Positions 1-13,559 of a DNA stretch of 64,000 bases are shown piece after piece. This DNA is from Octopus sinensis. Taxonomy: Eukaryota. The translations under genes and the position numbers were made by a program. The notes under the pieces were generated by a model. The model made no database searches. It was given only the letters and a program-made list of their open reading frames with translations, and had not been told where the DNA came from. The stretch spans positions 76,198,001 through 76,262,000 of the forward strand of contig NC_042999.1 of NCBI RefSeq assembly GCF_006345805.1, given 5' to 3'. Every line of letters starts with the position of its first letter. The first letter of the stretch is position 1.

Positions 1-350
1 GATGCAAATGCTCACCCGCATACGTGTCTGCAAATCTTTATATATTTCAGGCTTTAATATTATATGCATAACCGTAATATCGAGCCAATATGATCAATTT
101 TTAAAAAAAACTAAGAGCACAAAGATCAGACTTAGATTTTCATCAAAAATCATCGCAACAAATACTGAAAAAGAATATGGAATATAACTACGATAAAGTC
201 AATGGTAATTATAAAGTGGTGAGCAATATTTTAAAAATATTTGTCATAATCATAAACCAACTGCATTTTCTGTCAGGATTAGTTGCTATGCATGCAAAAT
301 GCATTTTTCTACTCTTTTCAAACATTTCTGCATACCTACGGATCCATATA

Positions 351-1135
351 TCTTTCTTTTATTCTTTTATTCCTTTCCTGGTTTAAGTCAGAGGCTGCGG
401 CCATGCTGGAGCACCGCTTTTCAGTGTTTTCAGGGTCTCCTTTCGGTACTCTTTTTGGTGAAGAAGCGAGTTGGACGAAGCTTCTCTTCTTTGTTCCTCC
501 TGCTCTGATGTGGACTTATCTGGGATTTCAGAGACAAGTTTGCCCAGGTGCTTTTTGGACGTTTCCACTTTCTACCTCTTGTAGATCTCTTAGGTTCTTT
601 GGTAGAATGTTAAACAGTTGCAATCTACTGAAACTCAAGCCGTTGCAATACTGGACTCTCATGTGATGAAGAAGACGGTATCTTTAGTACTATGTAGTTG
701 CGTCCAGTTCGGTAGTTGGTATAGCTATTAAGTCCAAAGTTGGGAGCTAGACTTTCCAGGATCTTTCATATGTATATCATTGCATTCCTTCTTCTAGCCT
801 CTCCCAGTAGCTCCTCTCTTTCACAGAATCAATATTTTATTTGTGCAGTAGAGCTGTATTGCCTCAAATTCCGTCACCAATTTGGCGCTCTGCAGCGACT
901 ATAGTTGGGAGCAGGAATCCAGACGACTGAGGACAAATGTCCCCTATAAGAGAAGCAAGGTACCCTTATTTCATGTTCTGAATGATCAAGGGATCCATCC
1001 AGCTACTCGTCTGTACAGTATTGCTATCTCGGCAATATGCACATGGAATGTTGCATTACTACTCATATGGATTATCAGGTCACGCAACAATTCTAACTCT
1101 GGGATTGCATTTCCCCCTGGCCCTATGTATTCCGA
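351..1135 (-). mobile_element. CR1-clade LINE, degraded 3' fragment (RT thumb/C-terminus plus 3' tail)
   Basis: Minus-strand translation across frameshifts gives RDL(G)IHMSSNATFHVHI, FVLSRLDSCSQL, LFNILPK(N)LRDL, IPDK..., SNSLLHQ, which are typical CR1 ORF2 C-terminal motifs. It ends in GGTGCTCCAGCATGGCCGCAG and (ATAAAAGA)-like terminal repeats. Confidence 0.85.
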
Positions 1136-1203
1136 TTGTAGCCTGTTTGTGTGTGTGTGTGTGTATGTGTGTGTGTGTGCACGTGTGTGTTTGTGCGCGC
1201 GCG

Positions 1204-1278
<75 letters not shown>

Positions 1279-1599
1279 TTATACACACATAGCTTTAAAT
1301 AGATATAGAAATATATAAATACAGAATGCTGGAAACGAGAGTAATTGGAGAAATTAATCAATATGCACAAACGAAACTGCAATATATCAGTTATTACCCA
1401 CATTTCAATTATCGAAGGAATTACACCATACAGTATTTTCTTTGCTTATATTTCTGCTGATGAAATTTATTTTTCTTCCCTATGTAATATATCCTATATA
1501 ATATCCTATATAATATCCAAATGATGAGTAATGCTTTTATATGATTCTTTGTCACAGAATAAAATGGATGTCTGCTAACTAATTTTATTAACTAATATT

Positions 1600-2480
1600 T
1601 GGGAGCACTGGCAATTTATAAACTTTATATTAATATAAAGCCAAACCTCATTAGATTTACTACAACGGCTGCATTAATATATGCCAGCATGTAGAGTTAT
1701 ATGTAACAAATTAACGATACTTGGATTCTAATCATTTTATTTTTGATGAATTCCTACTAAAGAGTATTCAATACAAAGTGATTAATACTTTTCAAAATGC
1801 ATATAATCACTGTAAATTTCTGGAGTGAACTTTCTTCTAATGCAAGTCCAAGTATACATTGCTTTCGACTCACAAAGTTCAACCCCGTCATACAATCCCA
1901 AGTAATATGCAGTCACTAAGTTTAACACAAAATAATTCTTGTATAATAGCAAAGAGTTCCTCGCGTGTATAATAAAATTAATGTCAGAATTATTATGTCA
2001 CTCGAGTTCTAAAGCTTTCTTAGGAAGAGATTTCATTCCACGCATTTCATGCAGCAAAACTGGACCAAGGTGCTTATTAGCTATATCACTTAAGCACTTG
2101 CTGGTAAATAAACTCTTATTCTATAACGCAAGAAAAGTGCCATGTCTAATGTCTAAGACGCTGGTATCTAATGTTATTTTATTGACCATACCTATTTCCC
2201 TTATTACCGGATTTACTAATCCATAGACTACGTGGCAAGAAAATTATAAGCATGATCTTTGAAAGTAATGTCCAGTTTAGGTAATAGTAAATATCATGTA
2301 TCGTCTGTTTTAGGCCAATAATTATTACTTTTGCTTCTAAATTAGTGACATTGAAATATCGTTATAAAGTTGCCTTGGACGGGCTAAAATGAGTTTCAGA
2401 TATATTCTTGGTTTTGTCGGAAGAACCATGTTTATTCGGAGTTTTTTTTTTTTTCTGATAAATAATTGCATGAAAATTTT
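1600..2480 (-). mobile_element. Probable very degraded hAT (Charlie/GTF2IRD2-like) transposase relic
   Basis: Broken minus-strand peptides TREELFAIIQELF, CMTG...FTVIICIL and EVWL occur in the order and spacing of the hAT motifs TTGEDIF / TDGA...HCIIH / EVRWL. Many stops. Confidence 0.4.
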
Positions 2481-2739
2481 TGAAATTTGTTGGGTGATGC
2501 TTAAATCTTAACTCTTTGCAACGTGCTAATAAGGGCCGATTCAGAGGATTTTTGCACTGTGTTCTTGGAGAGCATTTACTACATTTACCCGTGTTTCCTT
2601 AATTCACTTTAGTCTTTTGAATAATACTTCTAATATACTCGCTTTGCTGCTGGTGTCGAGTTTTTCTTTACAGAAAATTTCAGATGTTCCACTATTTTCA
2701 GCTTTTGCATCTCTATGCATGAATAATTCCTGACAAACC

Positions 2740-2945
2740 CTGGATGAATATTTGTATTGTTGAATGCCTGCTTTTAGAAATGTTGGAAAAACGTTCAGTA
2801 TGTCAGTATGTCAATTGTATGTCAACAAAACCATTACCAAAGGCCTACTTGATATTCTGTAGAGCTTCTGCGGCAGAGTGACCCAGTTTGTACTCATACG
2901 AGAAAATCACTTAACACAGTTTGGTTGTTATCATTTTCATAAGGT
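2740..2945 (-). mobile_element. Mariner transposase N-terminal HTH relic
   Basis: Minus-strand YEYKLGHSAAEALQNIK*AFGNGFV resembles the mariner N-terminus (YEFxLGHxAAEAxRNIxxAFG). Confidence 0.55.
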
Positions 2946-4982
2946 CTGTGGATACGAATTTTGTATACCAATATTGTTGGGAAAGAAAAAGAGTCAAGAT
3001 TAAATGCAAGGTATACATAATTGAGTTTTTAAATGACTGACTGAAATAACAGGTAATTAAAAATTCGACATTTCATGTGAAACAACCTAATATAATTAGA
3101 TTCCATTGCTATTCACATTAAATAGGTCACTTCACTTCCCTTATGAAATAGTACCTTATCTGAGATGAAATGGTACAGTAATGGAGATTTGAAGAGTTCG
3201 CAAATTTATCTATAATTAAATCGCTTCAGAAATTTTTAGGATTCAGCAAAGGTTTTATTCTTATTAGTAATACGAGACATTAATATCATTATAATGCACT
3301 AAAAGAAAGATATGAATGATATCCATAAATACAAAAATATCAGCCAAAATGTAATTGTGCGACACAATCCTTTTCAAAATTCAAATGTTTGTTCTAGTGT
3401 TGTCAGGATTTTGGTTCACCTTATAAAGAGGAATTTGCCATATACAAGGTGTTCCAAAAGTCACAAGTTTGCCTTTCTTAAACATTAGTTAATTGAAATA
3501 AAATTTCTTTTGTAGATAATGAAAAAATAAAAATGTTTAGGTATGAATGTAAGTCTTCTTATTAGAGACTAGAGATTCCCATGGCACTCAGAAAAACGCC
3601 GCACATTATGATCTAAATAAAATTTGATTTTCTAAATAGATATCCTTTATGGAAGACATTAATTGTTTCAATACGTGCTGCTCTTTCACTCACATAAAAT
3701 ATATAAATTTTATTAAAGTATTTTTCAACACTTGCCTATAGTTTTCTATGAAGAATTATTGAACAAGCAATTCACTAACATATTTTACTTCGTACAAAAG
3801 GGATTTGTTATTTCCTGAAATGCGGCTAGATAATTGCTTCAGCTATTGACACAAGGTTATATAATGAAAAGCTAAACTTACTCACGACCATAGAAAATAC
3901 TATATCGCTCTCGAACATAGGCGTTAAGAAAAAGAGGAGAGAGTTTCTAGATATATCTCTTAATCTATCTGAGACAAATGTTTCCTCTTTTATAACAGCT
4001 TGAAACAATGAAACTTATGCCAAGTGAAGAAATTAATATCATAAACGACGTCACACCGATAACAATAAAACAATAAAAGTAGAATTAGTCGCAACTTCTT
4101 AGCCACACTATGACAGGGATTCAGAAAGTGAACATGTGACAACACACATTACGTGACGCAAATTAAATGTATAAAAATATGACACATTTCTATCCCACCA
4201 GTTTCTTTTAGATATTTATTTTGTTTTGGTAACTAACAGCAGCAACAATGAAAATAAGGGTTAAATATTTTGAGGCGGGATGTTTCTAAAAGAACTCAGC
4301 ATGTGTTAGGTGGATTCTATTTCTCAAAGATTTTCTGCAGGAGCACTTGAACTGGTAACGGAAGACTCATCAAAAAAGACTGTTTGCAGAAGGAAGATAC
4401 TGATGGTGGTGATGAAGAGTTAAAAGACAGAGAATCTATTGAATTCCTACGGGAGTTACTGCGTGCCCGTCAACTTGCTAGAAATAGCAGAAAACTATCC
4501 TTCAAATCACATTCTATCCTTTGGACACATAATAGACCCGTTGAAAAAGTAAAAAAGAAAATAACAAATCATCTTCACTGGAATACCTCTGATTACAGGT
4601 GTTCTTAATCAGAATTGACCCTGGGACTCAGCAACAACTTAAGTGAAGTTGAATTGGATTGTTGTGATTTAAATGCATTTATTTACTATTGGCAGGATGC
4701 AATGCAGGTGACGCATCTTCGACACCTTTCCGATTCAATGATCTGCAGTTTCCCCACTAATGGAATACTAACTTCTATTTCATAATTCGAGAAATTGTCA
4801 CTTGATACATCAATTCACTACAAAATCCTCCATCATTTTCCACAAAGCGAGAGAAAAAAATATTATCAAAATAAACATATGAAGAAATTAGATACCAGCG
4901 ATTTGACATTGTTATAACAGAAGAGAGATTTGTCACTCATGTTTAGCTGTTAACGCTGAAGACATGAATTCGATTTCAACTA

Positions 4983-4986
<4 letters not shown>

Positions 4987-5030
<44 letters not shown>
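4987..5030. repeat. (AG)n microsatellite
   Basis: Direct observation. Confidence 0.95.
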
Positions 5031-5032
<2 letters not shown>

Positions 5033-5392
5033 AGGGAGAAGAGGAGGGAGAAGACAATCCATTCACAACATAAGGGATTTTGTTTTAATTTGTTTTAGTC
5101 AGCTGAGAATAATATCGGAGAAGGAAGGAAACAAACATTAATGGAGTTATTTATTCACGGTGCTATAATATAATAGTAATAATATCCATCGTAAGAATCA
5201 GTGATGCAATGATGCATGGGCAATCTTTCGATCATAACTTTTAGTTTGTGTTTCGACAAGATTCAAATATGTTAATGGAAATGATAGTTATACAGTGTGA
5301 AGTAAAGAAGCACGAAGAGATACAGAATTTTTTTTATCAATTTGGCATTGGTGGCAGTGGAGGTAGTGGTGCGAATAGCGACGAGGGAACGA

Positions 5393-5415
5393 CTATAGTA
5401 GTAGTAGTAGTAGTA

Positions 5416-5448
<33 letters not shown>

Positions 5449-5452
5449 CAGC
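5393..5452. repeat. (TAG)n microsatellite
   Basis: Direct observation. Confidence 0.9.
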
Positions 5453-6809
5453 AGCAGCCTTTATTGCTTTATTTTTTTACATGGAAATGCAAACTATTTT
5501 CAGTGAAGAAGAAAAAGTGGAAGAAAAAAAGTTGATAGTTGTGTTGTTGTAAGAGCTATTGCTGATAGTGTTGTTTCGGTGTTGATGGCGGTTGTGGAGG
5601 TTGTATCAGCAGCAATAGTGGTGGTGAGGGATTACGGTATGCGGTGGAGAGGAGGGTAGTGGCAGCGGTGAAGAAAACGAAGACATAAGATGGGATGAAC
5701 AATAAAAAAGATAAAAGATTAAAAAAAGAGAGCTAAGGGCATTGAATTGAAAATTGCCAGATACAACTTCACAACGCACGGTTTCATTGCGTCTCATTTC
5801 TCACCTTGACTAAATTCAAACGATTAGTTGACAGGGAAAAATAATACTTGAAAAAGAACTTGTGAGATTTGGTCTATCATAATCCTTTTTAGATGTATTC
5901 ATTTGTGAACAATAACCTCATTCTCATACTTGGGTCTCGTAAAGATAGTCAGTGATCTAATGTATTATATATTCCAGTTTAGATCCAACAAACGGCAGGT
6001 GTTTCGACACATTATTCTAGAAAGTCAAGGTTACATTAGCGAATGTAATGTGCAATACTTCTCGAGATATTTACAGTGAGTGTGCATGAACGTGTATGGC
6101 ATGTTTACAAACATAATGTATCAATAGATTTTAGCTAAAAACTCATGGAACAGGCAAACGTAAATATGTTTGTACTAAATACAATATTTTCCTGGGCTGA
6201 TAAGGAGTGATACGCCAGTATCTTGGCTGTTCTTCTTTTTATCTCAACGAAGATATCGTGGTGAAGGTATTTGCATCTAACTATGACATATACCGTATAC
6301 TATGCAACACAGTACATAACACTACTTTAGACAATTGTTACTGCACCAGAAAAATACACGCACTTATACATAAATACATGCATACTTACACATATATATG
6401 GATATATATAAATATATATTTGCATGATATTGTCTAAATTCCGTTCCAAGACTTTATTTCTAAGTAGGAAGTCAGGCTTTTTCTATTTGTGAGAAATATA
6501 TAACCTAGAACACACATATGCATACCTGTGCGAGCACACACACACTAAAAGACACAAACACACACACACACACATAAACACATACCAGCATATATGCATA
6601 ATTATACTTGCTTTTATAGATGATAACATGGCATATATATGACAACTCTGAAGTGCCTTTGTGTAAGTTACGGTGCTTTAGATTACTGAGTACATTTTCC
6701 TAAACTTTGATTCACTCAGAGGTTTTTATGCACAGATATATACAAACATACACACACATATACATAAATATATATATATGTAAATATATATATATATATA
6801 TATATATAT

Positions 6810-6856
<47 letters not shown>

Positions 6857-6954
6857 TATGTATATGTGTATGTATGTTTGTATGTATGTATGTGTATATA
6901 TATATATATATGTATACATATACATATATATATATATATATATAGATATATAAA

Positions 6955-7100
6955 CGTGAGTTGCTGTGTGGTAAGTAGCTTGCTTACTAATCACATGGTT
7001 CCGGCTTCAGTCCCACTGTGTGGCACCTTCGGCCGACCAAAGCTTTGTGAGTGGATTTGGTAGACGGAAATTGAAAAAAGCCCGTCGTATATATGTACAT
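6955..7100 (+). mobile_element. tRNA-derived SINE family A, 5' part with internal deletion
   Basis: GTGTGGTAAGTAGCTTGCTT...GGTTCCGGCTTCAGTCCCACTG...GTGAGTGGATTTGGTAGACGGAAA, matching the copies at 35.1 and 43.9 kb. Resembles described octopus tRNA-derived SINEs (OK/OR types; exact family name not asserted). Confidence 0.9.
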
Positions 7101-7120
7101 ATATATATATATACATTCAT

Positions 7121-7880
7121 ACACAGGGTGTATATGATTTATGTTTATAAAAGAAAAACAGAAATATAATAACAGATAAAAACTTTATTTATCAAAAATT
7201 GATATGAAAATAAACGTTCTTTTCTATAATGTTATTCAATAAAGCCACCTTCACCTTCAACAACTGCTTGTATATGAAATCTGAATCATATATAGTCTTG
7301 AATCAAGCGGTCCTGGTTCAATTTGGACATTACTCTGACTATGGCAGCTTTCAAAGAATCTTTGGTGTCATGGGCGCGTTCATTGACTTCTCTCTTAATC
7401 ACGCACCCCATGCAATAGTCCAATGGATTGAAATCTGGGGAATTAGGAGGCCAAATATTAGGGGTTATATGATCATGAAAATGTTCTGCCATCCACTCCT
7501 GTGTTACTAGAGCTATGTGTGATTGTGCAGAGTCTTACTGAAACACATATGGCCTTCCATTGCACACTCTCAATCCAGGGCTTAACAATCATTTCCAGGA
7601 CATCAATGTAGGCGGCAGAGTTATCTCTAAGGCCTTGTGGAAAGAAGTAAGGAGGCATCACATCTCCTTCTTTGCTGACAACCCATAAAACCATGACAGT
7701 TGCAGAAAATTTTGTATGCATAACACTTGGAACTTCATAAGGGTCTGCACATAACCATCTGTCATTTCTTCTGTTAACTTTTTGATCTTGGTCGAAGTTG
7801 TTTTCGTTTGAGAAAAACCAAAGCAAATCTTCTCCTGGATTACTTATCATCAAGGGCATTACTAACACAGTTTTAAAATC
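7121..7880 (-). mobile_element. Tc1/mariner-superfamily transposase relic, maT (DD37D)-like catalytic region
   Basis: ORF-track peptides FFSNENNFDQDQKVNRRNDRW...VMVLWVVSKEGDVMPPYFFPQGLR and WPPNSPDFNPLDY. TACACAGGGTG TIR-like end near 7121. Frameshifted and 5'-truncated. Confidence 0.9.
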
Positions 7881-7999
7881 ATTTCACAACTACCTCTTTT
7901 TTTCTAGTATCCCATAAACGTTTTACCCTCTCACACACCTGTGTAATAGTAGGTCTCTTCTTTCTTCCTGTTGGTGTCACTTCAAAATCTGAAGACTGC

Positions 8000-9085
8000 A
8001 CTTGCTCCACTCCATATTTATTGATTGAAATATCTAAAGGCTATAAACTGGCTGGTTAGGCCACCTGAAATTATAGCTAACTGAGTCTTCAGTTCTCCAA
8101 GTTTCTCTTATGAGCTCGAAAGTGGCCCCAAACTAATAAAGCAGGTTCCTTTAATAGACTACCAGGACGCCTGGACCACCCTTTATCAAGTCACAATTTC
8201 ATTCTTTCCTCATCCATCCAACCTTTTGTGTGGACATGAACATAATAGTCATTGGGTATCTTTTCTTTAGTCAGTGTCTTATAAAAAATTAAAGAAGGTG
8301 GTAGTTTTGTGTCACCAACGCAGCTTGCTAATACAACTGTGTAGTGTGTCCTTTCATGGCCACACGTTTTAACAGTTGGTTTTAGCACTCTTGGATTATA
8401 GCGACTTGTTTGAAGGCGCATCAAATGTCAGAGTCTTCGTCCATATTCTTTTCTTGAATTAATGACATACCTTTGAAAATTTAGATATTTGATCTTCGTA
8501 TTCAAGGGACATTTTTTGTGCTATTCTTGTCCTAACCCCCAAACAGATGTTATTTCTGCTTATAAATCTGGAACATCATAATGTTGACCCTTTAAAATCA
8601 TTGATATCTCTGTCCATTACTATAAGTCTTGAACAGTGCATAATCATTTTAGTGGATACTGAAAGGCCCGATCTTCCTTAGTCTAAAACCCATGCTTTTA
8701 ACTTTTCTTCTAGATCTGACCACTTTACAATTCCCTTACAGAGTCAGTGTTTACTACGTTTAGCAGCTTTTAGCTGCTCTTCTTTTTCCCTCTAAGGAAA
8801 CAAGAACAGCTGGGTTATGTATGTTGGGGAAGGAAGGGAGGGAGATGATGTGAGCTTCTCTAACTGCCGACGTATCGTAAGCAATTTTTCGTAAGTCTGT
8901 GATAACAGACAGTAATAATTCGGATTGTTTTCAATATTTTATTATTAGTAACACAATTTACTGTAATAATTTGGCTTGTTTTCATTATTTTATTAATAGC
9001 AACAATTTTGGTGCTTAGGGAACTTACTCAGTATGCCTGTGCAGCTCCCTAACCTACGGCGCTCGATCTACCATCCGCAATACGG
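8000..9085 (-). mobile_element. pogo-like transposase relic (CENP-B-type HTH plus DDE_1)
   Basis: KWSDLEEKLKAWV...FKGS...SRF (HTH), TCGHERTHYTVVLASCVGDTKLPP...KGWMDEE, and LLVWGHFRAH...ISGGLTSQ..PLDISIN (DDE_1). Multiple stops and frameshifts. Confidence 0.9.
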
Positions 9086-11751
9086 CCGCATTAGATGCAG
9101 GGCAATTTTTTAATACATTTAATGCGTATATGATTTTAGCTAATTGTATTCTCTACTGAAGATTTTTAGTGGGTAGTAGTTAGTGACGAGAAACCAGTAT
9201 TAATGCTCTAGATTTAAGTGATAAAAACGAACTGACTGAGATTTCAGCCTCTTTTGTATTAATTTACAGAATAAAAGAATTTATATTTGGTTATAACAGA
9301 TGTCTGATTAAACCTTTAAGGAAATGGACATTGGCATTGTTTGAATGAAAGAGCCCAATCACTTGAGCTTCACAAGAGAGGAATAACGTATGTATTGCGT
9401 ATATTCACATTTCTTTTCATAGTGTACTATGTAAGGAGTAATGAATGATTTGACAGCATATTTAAATGAGTTCTCTGAGAGAACTATTATCATTTATCTT
9501 TCTCTGCACACTTAGTTTAAAATATAGACTATTCATAATTTTTATATTAGCAGTAGTATGATAACTTTCATAGAAATATTTCCATACACACTCAAGCACA
9601 TATACATACATGCATATAATACACACACGGATAACTAGCTGTGGGCAGAATGGTGGAGAGAGAGAGCAAGATAGTTAATGGTTAACCTATTTATTTCCAT
9701 GAACATTGCTGACCAAAGCTTTTTCGTGACTTTAGTTTACGTATGGAAGCATCAACTGCTGATAAAAAGCAAACTCTCCTAATGATGTAGTTTTTCAAAT
9801 GGATTTCTACAACCTCAATTATATTTGCAGACTTTGTAGTCTCGAAAGATTTTACTCTAAGACATACAGTAGTACTCTTTTATAATACAGGATTGGTGCA
9901 GGAATTCATTCTTATGGATGTAAGAATTATTGCAATTTTCGTACTGCATATAACTTCATACAAATCATATAATCTAACACTTCCCTTCCCCGCACGTCAA
10001 CTCCAAATTTCTCTACAACACACAGGTTATAATTCACAAATTAACCAGCAGGTATTCAAACTAAACATTCATCCGTATCGATCCCACCAATCTCGGACGG
10101 ACTGCAAAAGTCAGGGGCATTGTCCCTTCTTTTTGAGTAAGCCATAAAAAATAATAAACAGAAAGTAAATGCTATCATCAATTCAAAACACCAATGCCGA
10201 CAATCTTTTGATACGTTAGAGTAGAGAACCATATCAATAAAAGATTTCGACTAAATTTACATTGCAGATATGATTTTGTGGAAACGTTGATAGTAAATAA
10301 TAATTTCTTCCTGCTAATGTTATCCAAACAGCAAACATGTAATAGAGAACGTGATATACTGATGAATCTGAAGATTGGAAATATGTACATCGCAAATGTA
10401 GAATTAGCGATACACATAAAATTGGTAGTTTTCTTTTAACGTAACTCAATAGATTAAAAATGGACACATGTGCGTGGATGCATGTATGCATAATTATGTA
10501 TGTATGTATGTATATGTGTATGTATGTTTGTATGCATGTACGTATGTTTGCGTTGATGGATGGAAGTTTTAGACGAGAAAGGAAGCGATATATTTGTGAA
10601 AAAAGTATGTATGTGTGCTTGTAAATGCATCGGAAATTCTCAAACTCATTACACGTACTTTTGTATGCATATATGCGTGCATATTACATACATACACAAT
10701 ATGTGTGTTTCTGTATGCAATATTCATGTGTGTGTGTGTGTGTGTACATATATATATATATATAATACAACTGTTTGTATGTATGTCATATGCATGTGTG
10801 TGTGAGTGTTTATGCGTGTGATCAGATTATAGTTCGTTTGTAACACTAAAGTTCACAATTTCATGTTAATCAATGTTTCTAGCCAAATTTTAAGGATATG
10901 AAACATTGGCTTCTGACTTGCCCTTTGTTACAGAGATTGTCTTATGCGTATACAGATTTTCGCCAGAGTTTGTGCATTAGAGCCAAATCGCATCTATTGT
11001 GTGCCGCAGCACAAAGCTACAATGAACATACAACATACACTACAACAGTAAATCAGATGAGGTTTGAACACTAATGCACTAACAATCAGGTGCCGGAGAG
11101 AAAGCTTATTATCATAAGTTATCATTTATATAAAGACCAATGGTAATATTTATCCACACTTAAACATGGATGTTCAACTGGAACAAACTTACTGCGATAT
11201 ACAGAACATTTAAATGTGTGTAAATATTACCTCTCTGTATAGTTCCTCTGTCGTTGATATATATTTTTCAAAAAGGCCAAAGTAAAAGCCAAAACTATTT
11301 CTCATCCAGTAGATGAATTTGGGAAATATTATTCCAAACGATGCACGATATGTCCCTTTACTTATATATATTTCCACCCCGACATATATATATATATATT
11401 TATATATATATTTAATTTAAGGTCATGTATTAAAGCACTACTAATAGTTTCATATGTTGAGAAAAATCAAACATATTTTTCAGGTGCAAACCATATATTA
11501 CTATTTTTAAAATTTTAGTTTGCTTTTCATTTCCCCTTTATCGTTTTCCGTTGTTTTTCTATCTGCGTTTTCTATATGGTGTCTTGTCAATTTTTTCCCG
11601 TTTCTTCTGTTATTCAATTTCTTGAGTTAGTTATGGCAAGTGCTTCCCGCCTGAAGAATATGTTTGAGCTTTCTCAACATATTAAACTATTAGTAGCGCT
11701 TTGATACATGTATTATGACCGTTAAATAAATAATATTTATCTCTCACCAAG

Positions 11752-11880
11752 GTTGCGAGCTGGCAGAAACGTTAGCACGCCGGTCAATAAATTAAGAACC
11801 AGTTCCATACTGGGGTCAATCTAATCGACTGGCCACCTCCCCCAAAATTTCGGGCTTGTGCCTAGGGTAGAAAAGAATAT
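11752..11880 (+). mobile_element. tRNA-derived SINE family B, internally deleted
   Basis: GAGCTGGCAGAAACGTTAGCACGCCGG head fused directly to the ...TAAATTAAG.ACCAG...GGGGTCAAT...tail. Confidence 0.85.
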
Positions 11881-11936
11881 TTACCTATCACCAGATGGAT
11901 TACTTCCTTTGTTGAATTTTCTATCACGAATCAGTA

Positions 11937-11966
<30 letters not shown>

Positions 11967-11975
<9 letters not shown>

Positions 11976-12300
11976 ATGTAGAGATAGTAGTCCCCTTCAT
12001 CACACTATTTAGTTTTAATTTAATACTTACTACTTATTTCTCAGCTCCACGTGTTTCTTGTGGTTCTCTTACGGTTCCTTAAGCACGCAGTGTTTTACAG
12101 GGACCTTTCTTAAAACATAACCCCAATCATCAGGCCTCTAAGTTACTTTTTAAGAAAGGTTCCTGTAAAACACTGCGTGCTTAAGGAACCGTAAGAGAAC
12201 CTCAAGAAACACGTGTAGCTGAGAAATGAGTAGTAAGTATTAAATTAAAATTATTTTATATGGTGGTATGAAGGGGACTACTATCTCTAAATAACATATA
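11967..12300. mobile_element. Long palindrome / MITE-like fold-back element
   Basis: Arms 11967-12115 and 12147-12300 are reverse complements with about 5 substitutions and one short diverged patch. The spacer is about 31 nt and both ends lie in TA context. Confidence 0.85.
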
Positions 12301-13004
12301 TATTTCCTCATTGAGAATAATTTGAACCCCTGTGATGCTGGAATTTTTATTCCCTAATAAATAATATATATTTATATATATATATATATGCACACACACA
12401 CACATCAATACGGTAATCTAAATATTTATATTAATACATATTTGTATTAACGTTAATATTCTTCCCATATGAGTATTATCTGCATATTATTACATACAAG
12501 TTACGATATGTCTGTGCGTTTGTGTTTATATATAGCTGTGCGTGTATGTGTACGTGTGTGCGTATGTGTGTGGGATTGTGCATGTATTTCTGCTTTGCTT
12601 ATCAATATCTGTGTATGTTTCTGTAGATGAATCACAAATAAACTGAAGAATATAATGCTACAATGATTATAGACCTTTAGATAGCGTTTGACTGGTATAT
12701 GGGGGATAAATTATCCAGACGATGTGTATAATATTTAATACGAACCATTGTCACGTTCCCAATTTCTCTACCTAAGTTATTGAGAGTAGGCGCAAATAGT
12801 ATATTTGTATGAAATTTGACTTCATTAGGTCAGAAGACATACTGAATGCTAAATGAAGTTGCAAGTAATATATGAGAGAGGCTAATTGCTGTATGATGTC
12901 CATGGCCCACAAATTCCTACACTTACACTTCAACTCACAAGCACACAGACATTTAGTCTTTTTGATAATATCAATGATATTTTATACATGCATGCATGTC
13001 TTCT

Positions 13005-13310
13005 ACTACAGCCTCGGGCCGACCAAAGCCTTGTGAGTGGATCTAGTAGACGGGAACTGGATTTGGAAGCCCGTCGTATATATGTATACATATGTGTGTG
13101 TCTGTGTTTCCCCCCCCCCCACCCCAACATCGCTTGACAACCGATACTGGTGTGTTTGCGCCCTCGTAACTCAGCAGTTCAGCAAAAGAGACAGATAGAA
13201 TAAGTACTAAGCTTACAAAATATGAGACCTGGGGTCGATTTGCTCGACTAAAGGCGGTGCTCCAGAAGGGCCACAGTCAAATGACTGAAACAAGTAAAAG
13301 AGTAAAAGAC
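13005..13310 (+). mobile_element. SINE family A, 5'-truncated, with intact tail
   Basis: CTACAGCCTCGGGCCGACCAAAGCC...internal TA/TG run...GGGGTCGATTTGCTCGACTAAAGGCGGTGCTCCAG...GTAAAAGAGTAAAAGA. Confidence 0.9.
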
Positions 13311-13357
<47 letters not shown>

Positions 13358-13417
13358 GACATACATATATTCTGTGCATAATATAACACACCACACACAC
13401 ATAAATACATATTTGTG

Positions 13418-13503
<86 letters not shown>

Positions 13504-13559
13504 ACATGTATCCAAGTATTGTTTTAAATGAGAAGCAAAAATGAGCATAACATTTTTAT

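Noticed and set aside
3443-3464. TACAAGGTGTTCCAAAAGTCAC Tc1/mariner TIR-like sequence
   Set aside because: No matching inverted copy was found.
3826-3995. Plus-strand ...TIENT...EFLDISLNL, reminiscent of Penelope RT FLDxxLNL
   Set aside because: A single short motif without supporting flanking motifs.
4384-4608. 74-aa ORF with plausible composition
   Set aside because: No recognisable domain and a TTG start. Part of the region looks like another interspersed repeat, so it is not supportable as an exon.
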